From: Escherichia phage LF82-4
DNA: 64,000 bases
Sequence record: PV660448
Strand: one strand, 5' to 3'
The notes under the pieces were generated by a model. It did no database searches. It was not told the origin of the DNA and worked only from the letters and a program-made list of their open reading frames with translations. The translations under genes were made by a program, and so were the position numbers. Shown piece by piece: positions 19,463 to 28,661 of the stretch. Within the stretch, counting starts at the first letter, position 1; each line of letters starts with the position of its first letter.

Positions 19463-19488
19463 GTTTTACCTCCAGTAGTTGATAGGTC

Positions 19489-19518
19489 TATAATAACACA
19501 ACCATAGACCTTGTAAAC
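19489..19518 (-). promoter_or_regulatory. early sigma70-type promoter with flanking inverted repeat
   Basis: Minus strand GTTTACA -17- TATTAT; arms AGGTCTAT/ATAGACCT. Confidence 0.5.
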
Positions 19519-19520
19519 AA

Positions 19521-19808
19521 CTAAAAGAAACTTTTTTCAGTATTTTTTCCACTGAACCAAACCGACTTCGGGGTTTTCTGTAACTTTTCAGATTTAAGTT
19601 TCTCTTCCTGTTCTTTCTTATATACACTCTTGTCGTACTGGAGCATCTCTATGGCATTCTTTTGCAAACGATCTAAGGTAATTAAGGCTTTAGTTTTTCC
19701 TTTCAAGGAAGAGTCCTGGCGAACCTCCTCGCTATATTGCATTGTAGAACTAACCATACGATGAGCATAGAGTTCGACTGCGGCTTTAATTTTTTGCATA
19801 AAATCCAT
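19521..19808 (-). CDS. hypothetical protein
   Basis: 95 aa ORF. Confidence 0.4.
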   Translation of the reverse strand: MDFMQKIKAAVELYAHRMVSSTMQYSEEVRQDSSLKGKTKALITLDRLQKNAIEMLQYDKSVYKKEQEEKLKSEKLQKTPKSVWFSGKNTEKSFF

Positions 19809-19946
19809 AACATATCCTCTTTGATTTGTACATCATTATTTTTAAATATTTCTATGCCCTCAGTAGGTTCCTGGTGTCCTTCTTTGAGGTAAGCCATATG
19901 ATTATTCATCTTTATGGCTTTTGTTACCTCAGGACTTCCTGTAAGC

Positions 19947-20927
19947 TTATTTCAGTAAAGTTACTTCAGAGATTTCCTCCCAACCATCTTTATCAGTTGA
20001 AATAAAATCTGCCACATAAAGAGCCGTACGTAATGATACATTGCGAAGACGAGACACGTTAGCCTTCATCCAGGACAATGCTTTGTACGTTTCAGCATTA
20101 GTCAAGCCACGTTTCTGCATCATGTCAGTAGATAATATTACATCTTCAACTCGAACCATAATCTCTTCATTAGAGTGTACTCCAAGGTCGAGATACACTG
20201 AACGAGATACTAAAGCTTGAAGGTGCGGAGCAAGTTTCGAACCGCGTTCTAACTCTTTATCGATATCAACGTTTGTAATGAAAACAATAGTACCTTCAAA
20301 CTCAAATTCTTTATCGATACCCTTATCATCAAGATAAGATGATGCAGTGCTCCAGCAAACTTTGCGTTTATCATCAGTATCTAATGCTGCTTTAAGAAGG
20401 TTCAAGATATCTATATCCGAGAATACATCAACATCGTCGATTAAGAGAACGCTGTCTGCATCACGGTTGAGCCAAAGTTGTTCGTAAAGGCCAATACCAG
20501 AGATTTTACCATTAATGCTTTTGTATTTGATGAAACCATTATCATTAGCATTATTAAGCGCTTTATCCAGAGAATACGTCTTACCAATACCAGCTGCACC
20601 TGAAATAATGAGTGAACGAATTTTGCCATCGATAATGCCATTCGTCATCATGTTCATTACTTTAAAGCGTTTGTTGATACGAGTTTTCATATCTTCAGTG
20701 CTTTCAACAACTGCAACTGGTGTCGTCTCAACTCCTTCCATTACGATGTCTGATTTGAAGACCCATACTCCACGTTCAGAACCATCAATCATAACGAAAA
20801 TTTTACCGTCACCTAAGTGGGAACATTCAGGATTAAGCTTTGCTGGGAACCATGTCTTTGTGGCAACATAAGAACCGGAGATTTCATTATTACGATAGAT
20901 ACCTTTTTTGATTTGAACGTTGAACAT
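19947..20927 (-). CDS. putative P-loop ATPase
   Basis: Walker A GAAGIGKT and Walker B LLIDDVD; start ATG 20927 with GGAG RBS. Confidence 0.6.
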   Translation of the reverse strand: MFNVQIKKGIYRNNEISGSYVATKTWFPAKLNPECSHLGDGKIFVMIDGSERGVWVFKSDIVMEGVETTPVAVVESTEDMKTRINKRFKVMNMMTNGIIDGKIRSLIISGAAGIGKTYSLDKALNNANDNGFIKYKSINGKISGIGLYEQLWLNRDADSVLLIDDVDVFSDIDILNLLKAALDTDDKRKVCWSTASSYLDDKGIDKEFEFEGTIVFITNVDIDKELERGSKLAPHLQALVSRSVYLDLGVHSNEEIMVRVEDVILSTDMMQKRGLTNAETYKALSWMKANVSRLRNVSLRTALYVADFISTDKDGWEEISEVTLLK

Positions 20928-21010
20928 TTTATTCTCCAAATTTACTCATTTCGTTTTGATAGGTCTATAATAACATATCCTAAAAACATGTACACTACTT
21001 TTTAAAAATA

Positions 21011-21040
21011 TTTTGACCCCCTAAAGGGCCCGAAGGCCCT
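21011..21040 (-). terminator. terminator-like hairpin after NTase-fold gene
   Basis: AGGGCC-CGAA-GGCCCT stem-loop 3 nt after stop; weak U tract. Confidence 0.4.
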
Positions 21041-21042
21041 TA

Positions 21043-22032
21043 TCATTTATAGTATGAATTGTGGTTTTCTAAGTAGACTTGCTCAAGGAAGTCATCCCAG
21101 AAACTCATATCTACTTTTTGCTGCATACCATTCTTGGCAGCTTGTTCTGACGCATGTTCAACTTGGTCAACGATATCTTCTAGGAATTCTTGTACAGTTT
21201 TAAACGTATGTTTACCAAGCTTAACATCGAGAATAAATGGAGCATCCTGAAGCGGGTAAACCAGGTCGCCGGTTTTGTAAATTTCTAAGAGCTGAAGTCC
21301 ACCACGGCATGCGTGACTCAATGCTTTCCAATCAATGCCTTCATTGGCTTCTGCCTTACGAGCACGTTCACCGTAGTTCTCTTCAAGTTTAACCAGGATG
21401 GCATTGAACTCTTTGTTAGTTAACGTATCTTGGAATTTACGGTCTAACAGACTATAGAATGTTTGCTTACCTGTTTTCTCGTTTTCAGTTTCAACCCATG
21501 AAGCAAATTCACCTATAGGCAAAACATTCTTCATATGTGATAAACGAATTACTGCACCGTTATCAAAGTATTGTCCCCATTCATTAGAACGTTTAAGGGC
21601 TTGACGAAGAACAGCCAGCCGAGAACCCTTGACACCGTATTTAGAAGCTTGCTTACGGACATACCCTAAATAAGATTTCATGTTAGTGGTATAGAAACGA
21701 GACCTGTTATCTTGAATATACTTCCATACATCAGGCAAATCAGATTTAACTACTAGACTTTGTGGAGTGTGAAGCATATCTAATGCGACGGTTTCACCAT
21801 CCGCAGCTAGTTTAAAGAAATATTTGAGACTATATAACTCATGGTCTACGTCGTCTTTTGTGTTCTTAGAAGATGTGTTATTCGTGTTCTTGCTCATATG
21901 TTCTTTAACGTTACCGGTCAAGATATCACGAGCATGAGGGACATAAATTTCTTTAAAATCGACGTCAGACTCAGGAGTAGACGTTCCATAAAGGTGGCTA
22001 CCAAAGTAGCCTTTCATAATTGTTTTCATCAT
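21043..22032 (-). CDS. putative nucleotidyltransferase-fold protein (Pol beta-like NTase)
   Basis: N-terminal YFGSHLYGTSTPESDVDF fits the GS-x(9-13)-DxD signature of minimal nucleotidyltransferases. Confidence 0.5.
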   Translation of the reverse strand: MMKTIMKGYFGSHLYGTSTPESDVDFKEIYVPHARDILTGNVKEHMSKNTNNTSSKNTKDDVDHELYSLKYFFKLAADGETVALDMLHTPQSLVVKSDLPDVWKYIQDNRSRFYTTNMKSYLGYVRKQASKYGVKGSRLAVLRQALKRSNEWGQYFDNGAVIRLSHMKNVLPIGEFASWVETENEKTGKQTFYSLLDRKFQDTLTNKEFNAILVKLEENYGERARKAEANEGIDWKALSHACRGGLQLLEIYKTGDLVYPLQDAPFILDVKLGKHTFKTVQEFLEDIVDQVEHASEQAAKNGMQQKVDMSFWDDFLEQVYLENHNSYYK

Positions 22033-22502
22033 TTAGCCTTATATTCAAGAGTAGGACAGACTTTTTCTTTATGAGCTTTAAGGTATTCACCTATTAATGA
22101 TTTCTTACGTTCAATAGGCTCAAGTCCATTTTTAATTCGTTCTTGGTTTTGTGCAATGAGCTCAATTTCTTTATAATATTTTCTGTCGTTATATTTGTCT
22201 AACAACCAAGACGGACCAATTACCAACCCGGTAGCAATAAAAGCCATGACTGCTACAATTAAAATGCCTACACCAATTGAGGCTGGAACTAATGTCCATA
22301 GACTGCTAAAAACAAAGAATTTAGTTAAAATTTCCTGGCCAATGATTGTGACTGCTGCTAAAATCGCAAATCCAATAATTGAAGCAGCCAATACCGGGAT
22401 TAACGTTTTCCAAAAATAAGCACACAACGTTTTAGGACGATTCCATGTACTATTGAATGCAGCATAAATTTTATAGTGCCAAGAGTTTTCATTGATAATC
22501 AT
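22029..22502 (-). CDS. hypothetical membrane protein
   Basis: 157 aa with three or more hydrophobic helices. Confidence 0.5.
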   Translation of the reverse strand: MIINENSWHYKIYAAFNSTWNRPKTLCAYFWKTLIPVLAASIIGFAILAAVTIIGQEILTKFFVFSSLWTLVPASIGVGILIVAVMAFIATGLVIGPSWLLDKYNDRKYYKEIELIAQNQERIKNGLEPIERKKSLIGEYLKAHKEKVCPTLEYKAK

Positions 22503-22511
22503 AATAATTCC

Positions 22512-23048
22512 TTATTTCAAAGTCGGGATAATAGAATCAAGATAAGCTTTAAGAGCAACTGCTTCGTCTTTGGTAAACGTAGTAATATGTGAACGTAAAT
22601 CATCAATTTGACGAATAGTTACGACATCACCATCTTCATAAGAATTCCGTACATCCAACGTCGTGGTATAGTTTAGAGCTACCGGATTAATAATAAAAGC
22701 ACCACGTCCTTTACCCCATTGAAGTTTAGCCTTTTCGGGTGTTTCAGGTGTTTCAGAATTCAAGAATTCTTTAACCTTATCAACGAATGTTTTCCAATTA
22801 TCAATAGAAAGACACATATCTTCAGTTTCGATATTAGCACCACGTTCCCCACGATAAAAACGAACTTGTAGCTCATTGCCAATACTAGTTACGCTATTAA
22901 ATCCTGAAGGAGCATAAGATAAAATCTCTTCCAATTCCATAGGAAGAATAGTAATACTATCATCTTCTTGAGTGAAAAGATAGGTATTACCGAGTTTTTC
23001 GATAGTCAAGTCACCGAACATTTCAGTTGTTTCAATTACAGTTTTCAT
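22512..23048 (-). CDS. hypothetical protein
   Basis: ORF track 22512..23060; ATG 23048 preferred. Confidence 0.5.
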   Translation of the reverse strand: MKTVIETTEMFGDLTIEKLGNTYLFTQEDDSITILPMELEEILSYAPSGFNSVTSIGNELQVRFYRGERGANIETEDMCLSIDNWKTFVDKVKEFLNSETPETPEKAKLQWGKGRGAFIINPVALNYTTTLDVRNSYEDGDVVTIRQIDDLRSHITTFTKDEAVALKAYLDSIIPTLK

Positions 23049-23393
23049 ATTATTCACCAATTAAAGTTTCAACAAAATTCACCAAATCATTCTGACGAGC
23101 ATCAACTTGCTTTTCATAGAAGTCTCCGCTATCATTTACTGCGTGATAAGCTACATCATTTAAATCAGTATCGGCTTCACGCAAGTCATGGATAAGGTCC
23201 ATCAATTTATTAGCTTGTTCACGGGTCATTTTACCATACTCGTTTCAATAAGATTCACTATGCCGTTTACCATGTTATAAGTAAACATCGGATAATTGTA
23301 TTGTACTACAACATAAGCGATAAGCAAAAGTTTCATTTTGTTCTCCGTTCGTTTTGGTAGGACTACTATAACATAGTCCTACCAAGATGTAAA

Positions 23394-23627
23394 CTACCGA
23401 TTGTGTTTTAAATGTTGATAAAGTTCTTCAACTTGTTTAGGGTCCAAAACAATTAGGTCATTTTCTTGGCGAAGATAAAGCCATCCCTTATCCCCAGGAC
23501 CATTTTTACAAAACATCGCCACCATATCATCATCTTCAGCGCTTTCAGGTAAAAGTTCAAGCACACCGTCTTCAGATTTTCCAGTATAATCGTAAAGCAT
23601 AATATCCTCACATAATCTCGTTAACAT
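23394..23627 (-). CDS. hypothetical protein
   Basis: 77 aa acidic ORF. Confidence 0.4.
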   Translation of the reverse strand: MLTRLCEDIMLYDYTGKSEDGVLELLPESAEDDDMVAMFCKNGPGDKGWLYLRQENDLIVLDPKQVEELYQHLKHNR

Positions 23628-23826
23628 ACATTTGCAATTCGGTGTGAGCGTCGGCCATCTTTTTCATAGCTCTGTTAATGTCGATGTCTCCATCTTCGCA
23701 ACCATGAGCATTTTCCCAATCAGATACCGCATTAGCGTACTCTTCAATCAAAAACATCAACTTAGAAATCTTTTCTTTACGTGTCATAACGTTCTCCTCT
23801 AGTAAGTAAGGTCTACTATAACACAA
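23608..23826 (-). CDS. hypothetical protein
   Basis: 72 aa ORF. Confidence 0.4.
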   Translation of the reverse strand: MCYSRPYLLEENVMTRKEKISKLMFLIEEYANAVSDWENAHGCEDGDIDINRAMKKMADAHTELQMYVNEIM

Positions 23827-23852
23827 CCTGAGGAGAAGTAAACTGCTAAATG

Positions 23853-23882
23853 CAAAAAAGCCCCAACCTTTCGGAAGGGGCT
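23853..23882 (-). terminator. intrinsic terminator (repeated 24-nt hairpin, copy 1)
   Basis: AGCCCCAACCTTTCGGAAGGGGCT with GNRA-type loop, followed on minus strand by UUUUUU. Confidence 0.6.
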
Positions 23883-23886
23883 TTGA

Positions 23887-24444
23887 TTAGTTTTTGTAAT
23901 ATCGTAAAGGGTTGATATGGAATGAAAGCATTGCGCGTGGAATAGGACGTCTCAAAAGACTCTTAAGTTTCCAACCACAGTAAACACGCAGATAAAATGT
24001 AATACCACCAACCTTAAGATAAGGTATAGCAGCGAATAATCCCCATGCAGACTCGTTCCAAACTAAAAGATATCCATGATGTGCTGGGTCAGGAGATCCT
24101 GATTTAGTTTCGGCGTTGCCTTTATAGTGCCATTTTGATGAAGCTTCGCGACCTAAAACATGATACGAAAAATTATATGCTTTGTTGCGCCATAACCAAG
24201 CTACGCGTTGAGCATATTTACCTATAACAGGAATTTTACGTATTTTAGACCAACGTTCAACATGGCCACGGTCACCATCGATAGGATTATCGTAAGTCAT
24301 CATCCAGTCAAAGCCATAAGGTAGTTTACCGGTTTTTTCACTATGGAATGGAACTACAAATGGTGCTAGAATAATTGCTAAAATCGCTGCGATCCAATCT
24401 ATAGGAACAAGAACAACCCAACTTACATATTTTAAAAATTTCAT
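23887..24444 (-). CDS. hypothetical membrane protein (T4 rI.-1 position)
   Basis: 185 aa; N-terminal transmembrane helices; own late promoter TATAAATA upstream and hairpin terminators on both sides. Confidence 0.55.
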   Translation of the reverse strand: MKFLKYVSWVVLVPIDWIAAILAIILAPFVVPFHSEKTGKLPYGFDWMMTYDNPIDGDRGHVERWSKIRKIPVIGKYAQRVAWLWRNKAYNFSYHVLGREASSKWHYKGNAETKSGSPDPAHHGYLLVWNESAWGLFAAIPYLKVGGITFYLRVYCGWKLKSLLRRPIPRAMLSFHINPLRYYKN

Positions 24445-24462
24445 ATATCCTCTCTTAGTTTA

Positions 24463-24470
24463 CAAGGATA
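24463..24470 (-). promoter_or_regulatory. late promoter TATAAATA for membrane protein gene 23887..24444
   Basis: Minus strand TATAAATA 19 nt upstream of ATG 24444. Confidence 0.55.
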
Positions 24471-24474
24471 TTTA

Positions 24475-24505
24475 TACAAAAAGCCCCAACCTTTCGGAAG
24501 GGGCT
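24475..24505 (-). terminator. intrinsic terminator (repeated 24-nt hairpin, copy 2)
   Basis: Identical 24-nt hairpin directly after rI stop, U tract follows. Confidence 0.6.
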
Positions 24506-24511
24506 AGTAAA

Positions 24512-24814
24512 TTAGATAGATGTAGGCTCTAATTTTATTTTCATGAACTCGGCAAATTGTCTGGCGGTTTTTATGCCTTGTTCATGACATTCAAATGCAT
24601 CATCACAGGGGCTATTTTTGTAATGCTTTGCCATATACTTATAGAATTTTTCAGAGTTCTCGACATTTTGAATTTCAAACAAAGTATATACGTTTTTAAT
24701 CCCTGATTCCATAAAGTTATCAAAGTATGGGTCAATATGTGCAGTACCAACGATAGGAGTTGTTGCTGCAAAAAACCCCAGCATCGCCATGACAGCTATC
24801 GCTCTTAAGGCCAT
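24512..24814 (-). CDS. rI: lysis inhibition regulator rI (antiholin)
   Basis: 100 aa; signal-anchor MALRAIAVMAMLGFF...; motifs DPYFDNFMESGI and KNSPCDD...C match T4 rI from memory. Confidence 0.8.
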   Translation of the reverse strand: MALRAIAVMAMLGFFAATTPIVGTAHIDPYFDNFMESGIKNVYTLFEIQNVENSEKFYKYMAKHYKNSPCDDAFECHEQGIKTARQFAEFMKIKLEPTSI

Positions 24815-24826
24815 ATAGGCCTCCTG

Positions 24827-25039
24827 TTAATTTTGGCCAGTATTTATTTTTCGCCTTTGGACGGCCTTAACATCTGTGAGGTATTTTTCCAGCTTGCGCT
24901 TGCGTGTATAATCAGCTTTAGAACCAGTTTGACGGATATCCTCGTTTAAATGAGAAATAGAATGTCCTAATTCTCTTCGGATTTCATCCAATTGGGTTAC
25001 AGTAAGATTACGAAGTTGTCTTTCGTTTAATTGCTGCAT
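24827..25039 (-). CDS. hypothetical protein (rI.1 position)
   Basis: 70 aa basic ORF between tk and rI. Confidence 0.45.
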   Translation of the reverse strand: MQQLNERQLRNLTVTQLDEIRRELGHSISHLNEDIRQTGSKADYTRKRKLEKYLTDVKAVQRRKINTGQN

Positions 25040-25063
25040 ATATACCTCTTGGTTAGATATTAG

Positions 25064-25071
25064 TATTTATA
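25064..25071 (-). promoter_or_regulatory. late promoter TATAAATA upstream of rI.1/rI
   Basis: Minus strand TATAAATA 25 nt upstream of ORF 24827..25039. Confidence 0.5.
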
Positions 25072-25648
25072 ACAACCCTGTCAAATCATTCCAATGCTTC
25101 CGGCATAATGACACATATCTATCGGTATCACCAATTTCAATTTGACTGCCATCTGTAATTGGAAGTCCGTCTTCCGTGACTCTAGCTACCATTGTGGCCT
25201 TTTTACCACAATGACAGACACCTTTAAGTTCAACAAGCTTATCGGCAATAGCCATTAATGCTTGAGAACCTTCAAATAGATTACCTTTAAAATCTGTTCG
25301 TAGTCCATATGCCATTACCGGCACATTGTATACGTCAACAATACGACTAAGTTGATACACCTTTTCAGTAGTTAAGAACTGAGCTTCGTCAACAAATACG
25401 CAGTGAATATCCTTTTGTGCTGCAGCCCATTTATAGAATTCAAAGATATCCATGTCTTTTGTAATTATATTGGCATCCTGACGAATACCAATACGAGAGA
25501 CTATTTCACCTTTTGAATTACGAGTATCAATAGCCGGTTTAAGAACTAATACACCCATGCCACGTTCTTTATAGTTATGTGCGGCAGTAAGTAATGAAGC
25601 AGACTTACCAGCGTTCATAGCGGCATAGGTAAAAATTAAACTAGCCAT
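25067..25648 (-). CDS. tk: thymidine kinase
   Basis: 193 aa; P-loop AAMNAGKSASL; C-terminal zinc motif CHCGKKA...CRKH. Confidence 0.95.
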   Translation of the reverse strand: MASLIFTYAAMNAGKSASLLTAAHNYKERGMGVLVLKPAIDTRNSKGEIVSRIGIRQDANIITKDMDIFEFYKWAAAQKDIHCVFVDEAQFLTTEKVYQLSRIVDVYNVPVMAYGLRTDFKGNLFEGSQALMAIADKLVELKGVCHCGKKATMVARVTEDGLPITDGSQIEIGDTDRYVSLCRKHWNDLTGLL

Positions 25649-25838
25649 AAGAGTCCTTAGTTAAATTTTCTAAATATGTTTCTAAATCATTTTCAGCTTT
25701 ATTGATAGATTTTACTAATTCGTAGTATGTTTCGGCATCTCCATATTCAGAAGATATTTCAAAAGACAAATCCTTTTCTAAACTAATAATTTCACCAACT
25801 AAAAATAATATTTCGTTCTTTTGTTCGCGAGTAATCAT
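25641..25838 (-). CDS. hypothetical protein
   Basis: 65 aa acidic ORF. Confidence 0.4.
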   Translation of the reverse strand: MITREQKNEILFLVGEIISLEKDLSFEISSEYGDAETYYELVKSINKAENDLETYLENLTKDSYG

Positions 25839-26026
25839 AATGAATTTATATAATCAATAAGTTCTTGCTCTTTATCGTCAAAATCTTTACACAGTTCTTC
25901 GTATTCGTCAGTATTAAAAGGACCGCATTCATTACAAACTTTTTCCAATTCGCTATTTTTATCCATAACTTCGTGGATAAGAGAAAAGAGTTTGTCTTTT
26001 TGTTCTTTACTTAAACTCATAACCAT
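25835..26026 (-). CDS. hypothetical protein
   Basis: 63 aa acidic ORF. Confidence 0.4.
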   Translation of the reverse strand: MVMSLSKEQKDKLFSLIHEVMDKNSELEKVCNECGPFNTDEYEELCKDFDDKEQELIDYINSL

Positions 26027-26244
26027 GTCACCTTTAAACAGTATTCTTCTACATGCTGTTTACGACCTTTCTTATCAATAAAGGTATATTCAACGAATGT
26101 TCCAATGTAGTCTTTATCGACATCATGTGGACTATTAATTGGACATTTAGTACGACAAATGCGTTCCCATTGACGAATAATTACTGCTTTATTTTTAGGA
26201 TCAAACGGATGTGGGTAATGCACATTCATAATAATGGTTCCCAA
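26017..26244 (-). CDS. hypothetical protein
   Basis: 75 aa ORF. Confidence 0.4.
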   Translation of the reverse strand: MGTIIMNVHYPHPFDPKNKAVIIRQWERICRTKCPINSPHDVDKDYIGTFVEYTFIDKKGRKQHVEEYCLKVTWL

Positions 26245-26723
26245 TCAACAATCACAATTTCTAGTTTAGTGGAATATGTATCAAGAATTTCTTCAATGAT
26301 ATCCCAGTTTCCACCACCTATACCTGCACCAATTCTTGGCATGTAAATCACAGGCTTTGCTATCTTATTCTTTCCGAATTTATTTAATTCTATTATACAA
26401 TTCATTAAAGCAGAGTACTCAAAATTAGGTCCGGGCTCAAACTGTGTATAAAGATTAAAGCAATAAGCTTTATGGGTCTTAAAATATTTTTCATAAACCG
26501 AATAGGAACCGAGTTTAGACTCGTCTCCGAATTCGGTTTGAAGTTTATCGGCTTCTAAAATTTTTGGATAAGCCTTTGCTAATTGTCCTGCTACACCAGC
26601 GCCCATTGTATGAAAACAATTGCACCCATGAGCAATATTATTACCTTTAGAAAACAGGGCGACAATATCGCCCTTGATATAGTTTTTAATCACTTGCTGC
26701 AAGTCCTCTAGTATAAGAGTCAA
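26226..26723 (-). CDS. putative macro-domain-like protein (ADP-ribose binding/processing)
   Basis: 165 aa; glycine-rich motifs MGAGVAGQLAKAYP and PRIGAGIGGGNW resemble the two signature loops of macro domains; assignment by motif only. Confidence 0.45.
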   Translation of the reverse strand: MTLILEDLQQVIKNYIKGDIVALFSKGNNIAHGCNCFHTMGAGVAGQLAKAYPKILEADKLQTEFGDESKLGSYSVYEKYFKTHKAYCFNLYTQFEPGPNFEYSALMNCIIELNKFGKNKIAKPVIYMPRIGAGIGGGNWDIIEEILDTYSTKLEIVIVDWEPLL

Positions 26724-27033
26724 CTAGACGGTCCACCATAGAATTGCATGCTGCCTTATCTTTAGGTTCCGCCACCGAGCATTCTAATATTTGCCATTTT
26801 TTATAGTATCTTTTAATTAAGGTAGACGCCTTGAACCTACTAGACGCCCCATCTTTTTCTCCGTCTTTATATGCATATAACAATTTTTGTGAAAAATCTA
26901 CTTTACACTCTTGACTTTTACCACAATAATCAGACGCCGTTCTGTTTGTATACTCCGTTACATCAGTATATGTAGTATTAGCAAGAGCGTTAAATGAAAC
27001 CAAGCCAACTATTAAAGCCAACATTTTGGTCAT
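26686..27033 (-). CDS. hypothetical secreted protein (T4 vs position)
   Basis: 115 aa with N-terminal signal peptide MTKMLALIVGLVSFNALA; several cysteines. Confidence 0.45.
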   Translation of the reverse strand: MTKMLALIVGLVSFNALANTTYTDVTEYTNRTASDYCGKSQECKVDFSQKLLYAYKDGEKDGASSRFKASTLIKRYYKKWQILECSVAEPKDKAACNSMVDRLVDSYTRGLAASD

Positions 27034-27572
27034 TCTTTTATTTCCAGTAGTTTATTTGATTTAAGGTAATTAGCCTTTTCTAGGACTTCAGAAGCATATT
27101 TACTTCCAGCACTTGTCTTCCATCCAGCATTATATGAGGATATGGCTTTCCTTATATCCCCGTTATGTATATTTAACCAATAAGAAAATTCGATATAAGC
27201 CCATCTTGCTGAATTAGACCGCTTAGATAGCATTTTCTTAATTTGGGCATCAGTCATATTATAACCAAGCTGGTTAATTCTTGCCCTCATTGTTGGTAGA
27301 TAATTTTGGAACATTCCATACGCATGGTGACCTTTCTTATCTTTAAGATTAATACCGGCAGATGATTCCTGCCATAGTATTGCGGCCATTATGTATCCAA
27401 GTCCTTTCTTATGCATATTTTCATGCGTTTTAAATTTTCCATCCTTAGAAAACTGTTCCCCAAACTGATAAGCATAATTCAAGTTATCGAGTTGGACATT
27501 ACTAAAAGTATGCTCGGAGCTATGTGCTGATAACGAAAGAGCAAATAGACCAGCGAGTAGTGCTTTTCTCAT
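27030..27572 (-). CDS. putative periplasmic lytic transglycosylase
   Basis: Signal peptide MRKALLAGLFALSLSAHS; catalytic-type ES motif (ILWQESSAG) and AYNAG-like motif typical of SLT domains. Confidence 0.65.
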   Translation of the reverse strand: MRKALLAGLFALSLSAHSSEHTFSNVQLDNLNYAYQFGEQFSKDGKFKTHENMHKKGLGYIMAAILWQESSAGINLKDKKGHHAYGMFQNYLPTMRARINQLGYNMTDAQIKKMLSKRSNSARWAYIEFSYWLNIHNGDIRKAISSYNAGWKTSAGSKYASEVLEKANYLKSNKLLEIKE

Positions 27573-27580
27573 GTTTACCT

Positions 27581-28039
27581 CTAGATTTTAATCACTGCTT
27601 TAGAAGCTTTTCCTGGTAGTCGTTTACTGTTAATAATAGCCATTCTGCATTGAAGAGTCTTCATTTTGAATGCTGGATTTTCGCGACAAACTGTAAGTCC
27701 TAACCAAAGATTTCCATCAGTTATTTCTAAACGGCCTGGGCGATATTCGACACCTTCGACAAAATCTTCATCAACATCTGGACGTGCCGGCATTGATAAA
27801 AATTCTGCAACTTCTTTAGCATGATTTTTTACTTTATGAAATAATTCAAAAACGTAATTCTCATCTATTTCTCTCTGGATGGCACGATCTAAGAGATGTT
27901 GAGAATACTTGATATGAAAGCCTGGTAGTCCAAGAGACTTTGCAGCATCTTTTATACCGGCATTTATTTTGCGGAACTCCGTTTCAAAGATTCGACGGAG
28001 TTTATTACGGCGGATAAAAACTTCCGAATTGATAGTCAT
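27581..28039 (-). CDS. regB: endoribonuclease RegB
   Basis: Start MTINSEVFIRRNKLRR...; C-terminus LQCRMAIINSKRLPGKASKAVIK matches T4 RegB from memory. Confidence 0.9.
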   Translation of the reverse strand: MTINSEVFIRRNKLRRIFETEFRKINAGIKDAAKSLGLPGFHIKYSQHLLDRAIQREIDENYVFELFHKVKNHAKEVAEFLSMPARPDVDEDFVEGVEYRPGRLEITDGNLWLGLTVCRENPAFKMKTLQCRMAIINSKRLPGKASKAVIKI

Positions 28040-28095
28040 TTTGATTTCTCCTCTAGTTGACAAGTCTATAGTAACACAACTAGAGGAGAAGTAAA

Positions 28096-28395
28096 CTACT
28101 CTTTGAAAGGAATTAACTTTTTAACTGCTTTAGATACTTCGTCACGAACCTGATGGAAGTTCTTGAGCTGTTCAAGGCGTTGTTCGTAATACGCAATCTC
28201 ATCTTCTTCAAGACAATCGTCAGCGTCTTCTTTCAGATATGCCTTGTACTCATTAAAGAGGGCCCATAGGCGGTTCTCAAAGTCATCAAGGCTTTGAATT
28301 TTCTTGTGCTTCGGAACAAGGCCAAAAGGATTGCTTTCAGTTATGCGTCTAGATGCTTCATAATGAGTTCCAAAGCCTGATAGGATTTGAGCCAT
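28096..28395 (-). CDS. hypothetical protein
   Basis: 99 aa ORF. Confidence 0.45.
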   Translation of the reverse strand: MAQILSGFGTHYEASRRITESNPFGLVPKHKKIQSLDDFENRLWALFNEYKAYLKEDADDCLEEDEIAYYEQRLEQLKNFHQVRDEVSKAVKKLIPFKE

Positions 28396-28661
28396 TAGTA
28401 TTTTTCCTCAGGTCGAAATACTGCACGACAGGCCCACATGCTGGCTTCTTTTAGATGTTGCTTAGCATACTTAAGAGCCTGTACTGCATCCATATCTTCT
28501 TTGGTTTGTTGCTCTGTTTCATTTTCTTTCAAGATATATGCTTCTTCAATCAGAGCATCAAACAACAATCCAAGACGGACTTCTGCATCTTTAATAGCGT
28601 TCACTTTACCGATTTTATCGTCGGTATGCGGCTTGTAGCCTTTGATGTCTTCAATCGACAT
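28395..28661 (-). CDS. hypothetical small protein at T4 vs.4 (Acb2) position
   Basis: ORF track 28395..28829 truncated to ATG 28661 (GAGGAAA RBS); 88 aa helical protein; assignment by gene order after regB only. Confidence 0.35.
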   Translation of the reverse strand: MSIEDIKGYKPHTDDKIGKVNAIKDAEVRLGLLFDALIEEAYILKENETEQQTKEDMDAVQALKYAKQHLKEASMWACRAVFRPEEKY

